64,000 nucleotides of DNA, taken from contig NW_003526944.1 of the NCBI RefSeq assembly GCF_000181795.1, positions 1,206,498 to 1,270,497 on the forward strand, written 5' to 3'. The translations under genes and the position numbers were made by a program. Source of the DNA: Trichinella spiralis. Its lineage: Eukaryota. The notes below the pieces were generated by a model. The model was not told the origin of the DNA. It worked only from the letters and a program-made list of their open reading frames with translations, and made no database searches. Below, one piece after another: positions 44,393-64,000 of the stretch. How positions within the stretch are numbered: the stretch's first letter is position 1; each line of letters starts with the position of its first letter.

Positions 44393-47061
44393 ATGGATTC
44401 AAAATTGAAAAAAATTGGCAATCCGAAAACTGATGAAGTGAAGCCAGAGAGCTCAGTGCCGTCTGCAAGCGCAACTGTACCGGTGTTTGATTTCACTGAT
44501 CGTTCCATGTATGGAGTTGATGCAGACGAAGAGAAATATTCCAGAAGTGTTCATTTTGGGAACGACTTCGACTCACGACTCATCCCCGGCGTCAGTGTTG
44601 CTGACTTTGTCGTCCATCCGTCGAATTCTGAAATATTCACCACTTCTGGCAATGGGAAACAGTTTCGGCCGGGAAATATGGCGTTGAATACAAAGCATTT
44701 GTCCTACGTTGCCAGGGATATTAAGCTGGCTTTGGCGGGTGTGAAGAGGCAGTTGAAACCTGAAGCCGTTGAAAATGACATGCTCTCTTCGGATTCGGAC
44801 GACGATGCTTTTGTGAAAAGCTGTAATGCAAAGTCGACCAAGCGGCACGGTGACAGTGAATTCGAAAATTACATTTCTGTACGGGAAGATCCGAACGGCG
44901 GTGCTTCGGTGCTTGTTTCGGATTATGATCAATTGCGAGCTTTTTCTGGAGAAGACATGGCACATTTTGCGAAATGGTTCTTGAAACGTGTCTATGAAGA
45001 GGTGGACGGAGTGGCCGTTCACGTCATGGGAATCATTCACAACGGTGCCAGTTTTCTGCCAGAAATACTGCAATATTTTGAAGAGACTTGGCCGGATATG
45101 CCCGTCAAAGTGGGATCTCTCACGAATCGCCAAAGCGTGGAGACGATGTCTGTGCGAGAATATGCCGAAAATGTGTATCAATCGTATTCTTGTGGAACTT
45201 TTCGCTTTGGGCCATTGATGTCGGTCACGTTGGTCGACACCAAAAGAGAAGAAGCTGGAGGCTATGCAGCAGAATTTCTCGATCTACTCGAAAGGTGATT
45301 ATACTGAAATTTAATTTTCTTTTTATTTAAAATATTGCTTTATATTAAAGAAAAGTACAATTGCATTATTAATTTTATTATTGGTGCCGGTGTTGTTGTT
45401 GCTGTTGTTTTTCATCCATAATTTTCTAGCTATAATTAGCTATTATCTATAATTAGTTGAAAATATATTAGATTCATCTGACGCAGTTTATATGGTTCAC
45501 TGAGTTCAATATAGTAATTATTCATTAATTAAGAAAAGAACACTGTAGAGTAGTAGTGACGTTGTTCCTGACATTGTTTTGTTAATTTAAATAATGTAAT
45601 ATGTTAGTTTAGTGTCAGGTGTAATTTTGTTTAATGCTTTTTTGCTGTTGCATAGGTCACCGTTTTTGAAGCCCGTTTTACCATGGGGAAGCATGTCGAT
45701 TTTGTCAGACATGCCGCGCCGGTGTAGTGAAGACGGCCCAATCATGTGGATCCGACCAGGCGAACAAATCGTTCCCACAAATGCAGCAGTGCGTGATCGC
45801 ATGTGGAAAAAGTTAGTGTTACAAAAGCTTTTATTCAATTAAAATAAAATGTAAATAAATAAGACGTATTGAATGCAGATCTGCCAGTGAGTTGAATAGG
45901 CTGGCATACAGTGTGCCGATGCGAAATGGGGATCGACGGGAAGTTCTTTTTGAAGATCGAACACCTTCTCATGCTGATCATGTAGATGGAGGTGGAGTGC
46001 AGAAGAAAACTACAGCAGCGGTGGCTGTACTTAAAGCTGTGAAAGACACAAAGCAAAAAAAGTAAATAAACAGCATAATAATAATAATAATAATAATAAT
46101 GATAAGTTTTAAATTTCTCTTAGGTGTGCATTTTTATTTCAAACATTCATTCAATTTTCAAATTTTCTTTTCATTGAACAGAAAGAAAGCTTCCGAATTG
46201 TTGACATCAGCGATAGCTCGTTAAAATTAATTTTTCATTTTGTTTATTTTATCATTTCACGTAGAAAGTCTAATTAATCTCAGTGTTAAAATGGAATTTA
46301 TTTGTGTAAATAATATTTTAAAGAGGTAAATTGTCGTGAGATTTTATTCTATCTTACTGTAGATATATACGGCGATAATATTTGCCGAAGTAGTAATGAT
46401 AATGATAATGATAATGATAATAGCATTTTATAAGTATAACTTTGACATGGTTTCAGTTTCAAATTTAAATAAATATTAAATTTGATATTAAGTGATATTT
46501 ATTAGTTAGTTTTGAGATTTGTTGTTAACTAATTGGAAATGGTGAAATTTTATTTCGAATGAAATATAAATGTAGCTAATGGCAATGGTACTAGGTATGA
46601 AATATTTTAAGTAGATACAATTTTTGCAAAGATTTTGCCAAATACACACATATAATTAAATAAATATATAATTATTTTTTTAATTTAATGTTATTGTTAA
46701 TTTAAATGTTTATATTGTTTATTTTTGAAATTGATTGCAGTTCATTCTATTATATATTTTTAGAAATGAAAAAAATGAATTAGTGAAAGAAGCAATTTGT
46801 TTTCATGCTGCTGATTTTGATCGCGTTGTGGATGTTTTGCGACTAGATCTGTTCGAACCTCCGACGACTCAGTGCAGTCAATGGGTCGATTGGGCAAAGT
46901 TGAATCAATTTAGACAATGTGGAATTCGATTTGCGACCATCAAATTATACGATAATGATATATACTTTTTGCCTAGAGATGTTATTCACCAATTTCGAAC
47001 AATAACTGCCACTGCTAGCATTGCATGGCATGTTCGTTTGAAAGCTTACTACGATGACTAA
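44393..47061 (+). CDS. RSBN1/DPY-21-family JmjC-like histone H4K20 demethylase, 4 exons
   Basis: [91 protein letters not shown] (HxD at ~45970-45978), [39 protein letters not shown]. Confidence 0.9.
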
Positions 47062-48832
47062 CTTACCAGTTAGTTCATTGAACAGTTCTCAGTTTGCATT
47101 CTTGAACACATTTGCAATGTCATCATTCTGTTTTCATTGTCAAGCTCAACAACTTCACTGATTCCTCACTGTGTATATGATCTCGTTTCATATGCTACAA
47201 AGCTGCTGTTGAACAAAACGAATTGTCGTCTATCATTGCCAGTTTAGGAGGAAAAGTATATGCAAGATGTTTTATAAAATTATTTTATCCTCTTTATGGA
47301 AATTTTTCTTTTGGTAAGCAGTTGCTTTTTGAAAGAAGAAAACTAGAATTAAGTTGAATGAGAAAGATTTTATGTTTTAAGATTTTTGGTTTAAAAATGA
47401 ATTTCATGCAGTTTATTTACATTATTTTTATGTGGTTATTCATGAAATGGCAAAATGCTGCAGTGCATACAATAAAACCAATTTTTTAATGCATTCCACT
47501 TTTATGCATTTATATTTTGCAGCCTGTTAGAAGAAATTTGCAGTAAATAAAGAGTTTTATAACTGTGAATAATATTTGTTTTTTTTAAACATTTTAACGG
47601 AAATTTTCACGATTTTTTTGATAGTGAAATTTCGCAAAGAATGCCTGTTGCATAATGAAGGCAAAAGAGATTGAAAAGCAGAACGAAGAAAGTTTCTGGT
47701 AACAATTTTATTCATTTATTATTTTTTTTTCTTGTTCAAGTCAACGATATTAATGACGATGATCACATCTTACTTGGTAGATTTATAAAACTCCTTTGTT
47801 TATTAAATAATGCGCACACCGAATTTTCATGTACATAAATTTTGGCACTACACTACAGGACACTGCGACACTGCATTTTCTTTGAAAAAGATTCAAATTT
47901 TTTAAACAAGTATCAAATTTGATGAAAAAAGGTGTTATTTATACGATAATAGGATGTAAGCAACGTAAAAATTAAATAAATAATGCTGACAAATAAACTA
48001 CATAAATTATCAAGTGATCACTGAATAAATAAATAAATAAATGCATAAGTTTTTTTCTATACTAAATTATAAGCTGAAATTTAAAAATAAAAATTCACTT
48101 TCTAATAAAAATAAGGAGTAATTTAAATTATACCTGCATTTTAAATACAGTACACCATTTATGTACAGGCTTTATAGCTGGCTTTTAAAAGCAGTTTTTT
48201 GAACTGGCTCTCTGTTGATAATTGAGATTTTGGTAAGAGCATACTTCTCTTATAAATAAAAAAAATATATTATCAACATATATTTTCATTCTGAAGATTT
48301 CTAAATTGTATGAAATTTGTCTTTAATTTAAAATTAATGTTATTCATCATAAATGCACAAAACAATTTAATATATTTGTTCGATACTGCCAGTGTTTATG
48401 TATGCAGTATGTGGAATTTATCATTGCTAATCACAGAATTTGAAAGCATATTCTGAATGTATTCTTGGCTGTTGTTTTTTTTCACTTTACATTTGAAAAT
48501 TATAGAATAGTATTTATGAATTGTTATGAGCCTGTTTTTATTGAATAATAATTGTCAACTTGAGAAAGTTCATTTTTCTAGCGTATAGTTATCAGTGCTA
48601 AATATAAATAACTTTTCAGTCTGATTTGATAAGCAAGATGAGAACATATGAAAATACATTTTATTTTAAGACCTAAGTAAAATTTGCAGTATAATTGCTG
48701 TTTATAAGAAACACTATGCTAATTTGCAATAGAGTTTCAATATTTTTAAAAATGTTTCGTTGATCAGTAAATGAAATCATCATATGATGAAGAAGGGAAA
48801 AGTAGTGAGTGAATGTTAATTTTTAAGCAAAC

Positions 48833-54454
<5,622 letters not shown>

Positions 54455-56548
54455 TGCATATTTATGCTTGTTTATTGAAATTTGCAAAAATATTCGAAAT
54501 TTATGTTGTAAAATTACAGCAAAACAATATGATTAGTTTTCTATTTTACATATCTATGTAAATTCACTATTATATTATATATATATATATATAAAGTTAT
54601 ATATAATATAAATAATGTATCTGTGATTATGCAACATAAGAAGAGTAATGTTGTGTATTATTGGAGGTAATGTATTGAAATAAAGATTTAAATATAATTT
54701 TGCTTTTAAAATTGAAGGTATCAACTTTTAATTGCAAAATTCAGTTTATATATTGCTACGTTATAATATTATCATATTCTAAAAAATGCCTTATGCTTTC
54801 AATTGAGAAGGTTTCTTCAATTCTTTCTATTTTTCAAATATATTATATTATATTATATTATGTATAGTAAATATTGTAAAAACCAACAGAAATCATTCAG
54901 CATGAAAGCATTCTGTCACTTTAAAACTGAAAAATAACCTTATAGCCAATAGTGGTAACGTCATACCTGAAAATCTTTTCTGATACAGAATTCACTTTTG
55001 TTTGTTTACCTAAAGGAATGTGCACGAAGGGAACTGAAATTAAAAATATCAGATATCAACTAACATATTTATTACAAAGTAACAAAATTAGACAAATTAA
55101 AAAATCCAACAAATTTGTGGCTGTGTTGCAGTACAGCTTTATAGATCCATTCAGATGAAGGAAATTAAAATTTACACGACCGTGTAAATTTATTTTTTTT
55201 CAGTTAGCGCCTGTCATTTGTCGATACTTATTCGAAATCAGTAATACGAAGGTGAGTATAATTTGTATGAACTGTATGTATAATCTTAACAGAGAAAAAT
55301 ACTTTGCAGTTATAAAGATTATGCAATTCCTGAATACTATGCACCATTGGATTGCTGAAAAAAGCAAAGTAAATGAAGTTATATATGTATGTATGTATAT
55401 ATTAAAAAGTTCAAATTTCCAATGTGCTGTACTTGCAAAGAAAACAAACTTTTCAATCTCGCATAAAATTTTGCATAAAGTTTATCATTAACAGGTGCGA
55501 CCGCTGCTTTTCACTGTGTAGATCAAACATAACAGCATTTTTGCGAACTTTAATATACCATTATGGTGAATGTTTGCTGTTTGCGGTTTGAAGTTGAATG
55601 TTTAAGTGAAGTTACTTTCCATAGTTTTATATTCATATAACTTTAGAAAACTCAAAATTCGATGAATTTTTGAGATGAGCATGTCAGTATCTGATTGTAT
55701 AACTCTAACTTAAGTCTTCAAGCGCCATGCTAGCTCAGTGCCACGCCATTCGAAAATATGAGCATTTATACGTCAGCAAACTAAGTTTATAATAATTTGA
55801 TGTTACACTATGCCGACGGCAATCTGCTGAAAGCACTTTGAGCCATTCAAATTTAGGAACAGTTTCCTATGTACAAAGCTCTGTTTGAGTACGCTTATTA
55901 TGTTAATATTTGCTAATGAAAAATGCTCTCTCTACTGCACTATGTAATTTGCTCAATACTTATAATTCGCTTATATAAATGCGTTGTAAATGTTATGCGG
56001 CTAATACGTTATATCGCAAACTTCTGGAAAACTGTACCGCCATATGACTGCTTCATGCCAACGTGCCTGTTGTGAGGTATGAATTTTTACATTTTTGTTT
56101 TTTCGGTTTCTTTTTTTCTTAGCATTCACTCCATAAACCATTTTCCCTTTTCCACTCTCCGCTTTTTTATCTTCGAGACGTAGTGACGTTCAGCACAGAA
56201 ACGACAGTTTATTAAAGTAGAAGGTAACAAATTGTGATTACTTCAAGTGGTTGTCATTAGAACAGTGGTAACTTCAAAAACGCTTTCATTGTTGATGACC
56301 CATCTGATTTGTTCATTTTCAAACTATTAAACTTTTCTTACAACAGAGCCCAGACGAAAGCTTTAACAGTATTTATTATATTATTACCTGCATTGCATTG
56401 CGTTCTTGAAATTTGGAATTTACATGCCTGAAAATCTTTATTTCGTGAAATTTTATGCTGAATTTTGAATTTTTCATTGAACAAGTTTTCTCCTTTATCT
56501 TCATTGACATTATCACACACTGTCTGTTGAAAGGCTATAAGAAGTACC

Positions 56549-57096
56549 GCATTCTTATGTAAACGTGAGGTTTCATATTTTCTTCTTTCATTATCATTAT
56601 GATCACAATACAAGTTATACTTTTTTGGTAATATCTCGAGAAATGCGCAATGAAGAAGAGCATAGATAAATTTGTATAAATTCTGAACATTTTCCTGACC
56701 CATTTAAACAGATATTAGTAATTTTCAGTTAAAAATATATTTCTCTAAAATTTCGAAATTTTTTGGGCTATGGACTAGGTTGGTTTGAGAAAAACGGCCG
56801 AAAATTTATTTTTAGAATTTGAACTTTCTATTGATTGGTAGGCATTAGAGGTGGAGAATGCAAGTGCTATGCAGGGTATCATCATAAACAGTTTACTAGA
56901 TGGGGAATAAGTGGCCTCTAAATTTGGTACAGTGCCTACAGTAATACATAGAAGAATTGAACATCTGCAAATCTCTTACTGCGGACCATAAGCTTCCAAT
57001 TAATGCACATAAAACACTTATCACCTCGATTGCATTCGTTTTTCATTAATGTATCTTCTGTTTGCAATATACTGAAGTGAATTTCTAAACATATTT
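56549..57096. repeat. Dispersed partial copy (~550 bp) of the 1.26-kb repeat unit
   Basis: Aligns by eye, with high similarity, to 60212-60757 (shared GGTTTGAGAAAAACGGCCGAAAATTTA and GGGGAATAAGTGGCCTCTAAATTTGGTACAGTGCCTACAG). It ends next to a (TA)n tract. Confidence 0.9.
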
Positions 57097-59547
57097 ATAT
57101 TTATATATATATATATATAAACAACATTTTTATATACTTGCTGTTTAGTTTTATTTTTTTTTCTTTTCTACCACTGTTTGTAAAACATTGCGCTTTTTGC
57201 TACCTTTCATAGTAATTTTTTCGATTTTTGTGAATTCTGAAAGTATTTTTATCTGTAATGACATTTAGCAAGCAATCGACTTTTTGCTAGTTCTTTTTTG
57301 CATTCATATAAATGGAAAGTAAGAAATTAATCCATGACGTAAAAGTAAAACCTGTAGCGCACTTTTCCACATATAATGGACGATTTTTCAATTTTGAACC
57401 GTTTCCAAATCAAAGTGCTAACTTTGAAAGTACTTTCACAGTAGATGAAACATCTGATATATTCATTTTGAAAATATTAAACTTTTTTTACAACAAACTC
57501 TAAATGAAAAAAGAATACAAATTGAAATTTTATATGTGAAATAATGTGTAATGAACGCTTGATGTCTAGGTTATTTATTTGAGTTCATGTTAACGGATGT
57601 ATATATGATTTCAGTCAAAACTAATCTGCATATTAATACTAACGGACATGTGTATAATTCATAATGTAAATAAAGACGTAACACTTTTGCCATTTAATAA
57701 TGTCGCTTGCTGCGCTTATGCTACTGCGCTTAATCACGGGCGGAAAATTAGGTTCTTCCACTGCAGGCAAAGGAGCAAATAAGGAAATAGCGAGCAATCT
57801 GAATTTCTCATCAACTGTTAAATAAATATTCAATTTTACACATTTGAATTCATAAATTATAGAATCTTAAATTACATTTTTGTAGATGGTTCAAGTCTAA
57901 TTTTTAAATGAAACGATTATTTGAGATGACGTAGAATTTATTTTTAGCATAAACTGCAGGCTCTTTTTGAAATGCATATGTAGAAAAGTGTATTGTGCAT
58001 TTTTCGCGATTCTGACTCTAGAAAGTTTAATCATGAACGGTATTCTAAAGTGAACAGATACAGCAATCAAAAGCTTATCCTCTATAGCACTCACAAATGC
58101 AATGCAAAAAACATTAAAAGAACACTTGAATTCATCCAAAATTGCTGCTGACGCAAGGACTGTCCGGAGGACGTTATTGACTTTATTGAGGAAACGTGTT
58201 GCGAGCTTTAGCAAACATTTCCAACTTTAATCATTCAAACTGTAGTGTTTCTAAATATCAGATGCTTCAATCTGTAAAATGAATTTTGAAAAGTTCCATA
58301 ATTTTGCTGTATTATGAAGAATGCTGCCACAACATTTTCGATCATTGAGAAAACCCGCAGAAATTGACAATATTGATAGGTTAAAGACCGCCTGATTAAT
58401 AAACGCAGAGAATGAGTGAAGGAAAAGAATTCAATTTCTAATCATCATCATATCCTCCATTCTGGTACTTCTCTTTCCTTCTGTTTCATCTTCTTTTATT
58501 TCCAATCATTCCTGATAGACGATGTAAATTACCATCTTTTTGAGGGCTCCAAGAAGAACAGCAACTGATCTCATCTGTTGAAAATTCTCATCCACGATTT
58601 TTGCTGAACTTAGAGCGCACAGAAACGGTGGTTTGGGAGCAATCTATACCATTCATAAATGGTATCGACTGGAAACACTTCCTCGTCGACGTCATCAATG
58701 TCACTAATTCTTAGCAGCTTTTGAGGCTTCATCCATTTTTTCTGAAATACCAAAGTAGCCAAACACTCTTTAATTAATTGTTTTGAAAAGCGCGTAGGCA
58801 GCTGCCGCTGTGTTCCAGCGTTCTTCAGAATTAATTATCTTATCTTCGAGTTGTAAGTCTGCTTATGCGGACAGTTCTTTATTTAACAAGCTTAGGAAAT
58901 ATCACAGTAGATCAACAGAACCCAAAGTTTCGCTACTATCCGTAAAAGATTTGAATTCTAATAGTCCTTTTGTAGACTTATTCTAGAACCGTTCGATGAT
59001 TGATCAATGTCCTTTCCAATTGGAAACTGCACGATAAACCGTAGAATGTCTTTCTGATTTCATTTGTTTCCTGATTTTTTATTATAATTCAACCCATCAC
59101 ACAATATCAACAAAAATAAATTTGTACTACATGAAAAAGAAGATATCTGATCCATTACGCTGCACATTTACTGATAAACATCAATGAATAAGAGTGCGGC
59201 AAAAAGGCCCAACGTAGGCATCCCTGTATCGGTGAAATAAATAGCTTCCAAAGGTCGAAGATTGTCTATATCAATTTACAAAACATTTTTTACATTTTTT
59301 AGTTTTAGACAATGCATTTTTCCTCATATTCTTAAATTCTCCTCTTTTTTCTATCTAACACAAACAAAAGTTGTTCCAAAACAAATTGCATTTTGAATAC
59401 TACACTGAAAGTGGCAGGTTTTTATTAATTTATGTTTATATATGTTCCAACTTCGAACTGTTTCGATTTTCCAAAGTTATTAGTGTCACATATTCATTAC
59501 TACCTGATTGTCACTACATATGCATTGCAAGTCTTTACGTTATTCAG

Positions 59548-62500
59548 AAAACAAACTTCCTAGAATAGAACCACGATTATAATCTTCATTATTCATTTAG
59601 CTTTTCATTGATGCTAAATATGTGGCTATTTCAATTGTTTTTCGCTATGTTAACAATGATCGAATACTGCATTGCAAAATGAGCACAAAGTGTAATAGGA
59701 GGCGATAAAATAAATTAGACATGCAATGAAATTGAACAAATTTACAATGCAGGACAAATTAATGGACTAATGCTTAATATTTATTCGAATTTGTCGAGGT
59801 ATGCAACTATAAGTTCAGGAAAAACAATTCCGTTGTTCTCGAAAAGCGCGACAAATTATTAAATGCTTTATCAATAATTGCAAACAATATTCTACAAGAT
59901 TTAAGTATGTAAATTTTCAATATTCCGCAATCGATGATTTTTTGAGAAATTTAACGAAAATACCGATTTGAAAATTTGACATTTATAGAAGAAAAAAACC
60001 GCTGCAACGAACGAAAATTGCATTTAAATGTAATAATTGTTATCTCTGAAGAATAATCAATCAATAATTTGCGTGATCAAAAATTATTAATTATTAAAGA
60101 TTCTGTATGGAATAAACGACAATCAAGAGCAATTACTATTAAGATTAGCCACTTTTTTTCGTTGTAATCCTTCGCGGGAACGATGTAATTGTTTACAGAC
60201 TGATATAATGTGCATTCCTATGCAACCGTGACGTTCCATATCTTTTTCTTTCATCACTATTATGATGACAATACAAGTTACACTTTTTGGCAATATCTAG
60301 AGACATACGCAATGAAGAAGAGCATGGATAAATTTGTATAAATTCTGAACATTTTCCGGACTCATGTAAACACATATTAGTAATTTTCAGTTAAAAATAT
60401 ATTTCTCGAAAATTTCGAAATTTCGTGGCCTACACACTTGGTTGGTTTGAGAAAAACGGCCGAAAATTTATTTTCAGAATTTGAACTTTCTCTTGATTTG
60501 TAGGCACTAGAGGTTGAGAGTGCAAGTGCTATGCAGGGTATCATCGTAAACAGTTTACTAGTTGGGGAATAAGTGGCCTCTAAATTTGGTACAGTGCCTA
60601 CAGTAATACATAGAAGAATTGAACATCTGCAAATCTCTTACTGCGGACCATAAGCTTCCAATTAATGCACATAAAACACATATCACCTCGATCGCATTCG
60701 TTTTTCATTAATGTATCTTCCCTTAGCAATATGTTGAAGTGAATTTCTAAACATATTACTCTTAAAAGTTTATTAATACCTGCTTTTCCCATCGCAGGCC
60801 TCTGATCACTTTATTCTTAAAAACAAGCAATTTATGAAAAATCACCCCATCATTCGTTTCATAATTCATTTAGCTTCTTATTCATACCAAATGTGTTGGG
60901 ATTTGATTTCATTTCGCTTTGTATCCACTGTTGTATACTACTCTGCATAATGAGCATGAAAAGGAATATCGGCGTTAAAAATTAAATGCCAATGGTATGA
61001 AATTATATAAATTCACAACTCAGGAGAAATTAATGGGCTAATGGTGGGTAATTATTCGAATTTGTCGACGTATTCAACTGTAAGTTTAGGAAAACCGATT
61101 CCGTGGTTCTCAGAAAGGACGAAAAATTATAAAATGCTTTGTTGATAATTGCAAATAATATTCTACCGGATTTAAGTATGTAAATTTTCAATATTCCGCA
61201 ATCGATGATTTTTTGAGAATTTTAACGAAAATATCAGTTTGAAAATTTGACATTTATAGAAGAGAAAAACCGCTGTAACGCACGAAAATTGCATTTAAAT
61301 GTAGTAATTTTTATCTCAGAAGCGTAATCTATCAAAAACTTGCGTGATCAAAAATTTTAATTATTAAAGAATCTGTACGGAATAAACGATAATCAAGAGC
61401 AATTTCCCTTAAGATTAGCCACTTTTTTTCGTTGTAATCCTTCGCGGGACCGATGTAATTCTTTACAGAGGGATACAATGTAGTAATTGTGACGTTTCAT
61501 ATCTTCTTCTTTCATTATGATTATGATCACAATACAAGTTATACTTTTTTGGCAATATCTCGAGAAATACGCAATGATGAAGAGCATAGATAAATTTGTA
61601 TAACATTTTTCTGACTCATGTAAACACATATTAGTAATTTTCAGTTAAAAATATATTTTTCTAAAATTTCGAAATTTTTTGGGCTATGGACTTGGTTCAT
61701 TTGAGAAAAACGGCGAACTGTTTTTTCAGAATTTCCACATTTTTCATAGATTGGCTTTTAGGTAAAGACATCTAGAGTTATGCACAGTTACAACGAAATA
61801 GTTTACTTGGTGGGGTATAAATAGCCTCTAAATTTGGTACAGCGCCTATTGTAATACATTGGAAAGTCGAACATCTTTAAATTTCTTTATACTGAATCAT
61901 TACATCGAAATTCTTCTTATATATTATTTCTTCCTTTGAATGCATTGATTTTCTTAATAAATTATTTTCGTATAGCTGTCAGTTGAATTGAATTTCCCGA
62001 CATATTGCTGTTAAAAATTCATTAATACTTGCTTTTCCTATCGTATCTCTCCGATCTCTTTGATTTCTTTAAAAACAAGCATTTCATGGAATATTTCTTC
62101 CATTATCGGTTTTATAATTCATTTAGCTTCTTAATGATACCAAAATGTGGGTATTTGATTCCATCTTCCCTTTGTATGCAATGTTGTATACGGCTCTGCA
62201 TATTGTGCACGAAAAGTAATAAGCCCCGTTAGAAATTAAATGCTAATGCTACAAAATCAAATAAATGCACAATTGAGGACAGATGAATGTGCTACTGCTG
62301 AGTATTTATTCGAATTTGTCGAGGTATCCAAATGTAAATTCAGGAAAACCATTTCCGTGGTTCTCGAAAAGCGCTATAAATTATAAAATGGTTTTGTTGA
62401 TACTTGCAAACAATATTGCACTAGTCATAAGTGTGGAAATTTTCAATATTCCACAAACGATAATTTTTTGAGAAATTTTACAGAATTGCTGGTTTCTGAA

Positions 62501-62560
62501 TGTGACATTAATAGGACAGAAAATCTGCCATTTTATATAAATATTGCATTTCAATCTGAT
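59548..62560. repeat. Degenerate tandem repeat, unit ~1.25-1.27 kb, about 2.4 copies
   Basis: Anchor TTCATTTAGCTT recurs at ~59592, 60866 and 62118. TTATTCGAATTTGTCGA recurs at ~59781, 61032 and 62306. AATCAAGAGCAATT recurs at ~60121 and 61391. Confidence 0.9.
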
Positions 62561-64000
62561 TATTTTGAATAATTCAGGTTCTTTGGAGAGTTTCAACAGA
62601 AACTGCACGGTAGTTGCGGAATAAATGCCCTTTGAATTTGGTACAAAGATTGCGGATAAATTTCGAGTCATTTCTCAATCGATTCTGATCGTTTCAATGT
62701 AATGCATGTCTTTTTCGGAGAAAAAGGGATTCAAAGACCATTATTTCATTTTTGAGGATCTAATTTATCATAATTGTCAGTCCATTTTTATTACTGTGAT
62801 GAAAGTTGTTCCATAACAAAGTAAAATATAAATTAATTGTTCAATGCACGAAGTTTCGATAAATGTACCTATTTATAAATCTCAGTTCAAACCAGTTTTC
62901 TACGATGTTTCTCTTTAACATTTATTAATACATAATTGTAGTAAGGGATGCTTTATTTAACTTCGGTTAGTTAAAATAACTGTTATAGAATAGCCTGCGA
63001 TGCATCATCTTTATTATTGAATTAGCTTCTCAATTATACCAAGCTTCTACCTATTTAAGTTGATTTCATTTCGTTGTCTGACACTGCTTTCATGTTGCAT
63101 ATCAAAGATTTTAATTGTTTTAATTCCTGAAAGCAGTTTATTGTAAATGGAATAAAAATGAATAAATAAACAAACGCAGACTGACAACAATGACAATGAC
63201 AACAAACTAACAAACAGTTCATAATAAACTCATGTGCTTGTGCGTTTTATTTATAGGCATCTTTTCTGATGAAGAATTATAAGTTATTATAGTTCTATAA
63301 GATGCAACGAATTATTAAATACGTTCTTCATAACTGTAAAGAATATTGCGCAAGATAAAAGTACATAAATTTCTGGTAATATGCTCTCGCTGATTTCATG
63401 AGAAATATGACAAAACTTGTTCTTTGCACAGATGATATTTTATGAAGAAACAAAACGATTGTTGCAATATATTTTGTATAAAAAGTCACCTTTTTCAATG
63501 AATTGCACTTATTCTCCGTCACGAAACATGTTTTACAATATAGGTGTGCTGTAGAATGTTAAGAAAATTCAAGAACAATTCTTCATTCCATTCGCATTTT
63601 CAATTGCTGATAAAATTTGATTCTCGTTATAAAAATTGGGCAATATTGGTTACGCGTAATTTATGCATTCATAACTTTAAAGCTTAAAGTAAATTTTGCG
63701 TGTTGCAGTTCGATACACGCTGCACGCTTCATCAATTATTCTTTTTGAAATTCTACTTTAGATTATTCATTTAACGGTGTTCTTTTTGATGTTTTGCAGC
63801 TGGTATCTGCTCTTCCAGTTCTTCAATGTCAGATCAGTTTTGAAAATACAATATTCTTGTTCATGTAATCATTGCAAAGTATAAAAAGTAATGATAAAAA
63901 GTTTTCTTCCAATAATGTTGCCTTTCTGATAAAAATTTCCATTTTAGATTCAGTTGTTCTAACAAAATTTCTTGTTACCTTCTTGATTGGCATATTTTTT

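Noticed and set aside
44573..45181. 202-aa minus-strand ORF
   Set aside because: It is antisense to the conserved RSBN1-like exon.
63770..64000. Possible terminal exons of a minus-strand gene running off the window (..AAGAAG|GTAAC)
   Set aside because: Too little sequence, and no frame gives a recognisable product.

Overview
This is eukaryotic, AT-rich genomic DNA with many short (~55-80 nt) GT-AG introns and (TA)n microsatellites. It is most likely a nematode. A Trichinella-like clade I species is inferred from the gene architecture and a retained U12-type intron, but this cannot be proven here. Twelve protein-coding genes can be reconstructed. On the minus strand: a MIG-15/Misshapen MAP4K kinase, an intronless secreted GH31 alpha-glucosidase and a divergent TFIIIC90 (GTF3C4)-like gene. 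On the plus strand: a nischarin-like PX-LRR gene, a 209-aa RS-rich tail-anchored protein that the ORF track shows only in part, ORC1, and a single-exon 7TM GPCR, followed by a co-oriented run of RED/SMU-2, TAF5, SPCS2, TAF6, RSBN1/DPY-21-like demethylase and PRP6. The last ~9 kb is gene-poor and holds a degenerate ~1.26-kb tandem repeat plus one dispersed partial copy. The standout observation is a consensus minor-spliceosome (U12) AT-AC intron in SPCS2 (40450-40631), nested inside a possible in-frame GT-AG alternative. Two spliceosomal genes in the same operon-like cluster carry GC-AG introns. Exon boundaries were read by eye and may be off by a few bases.
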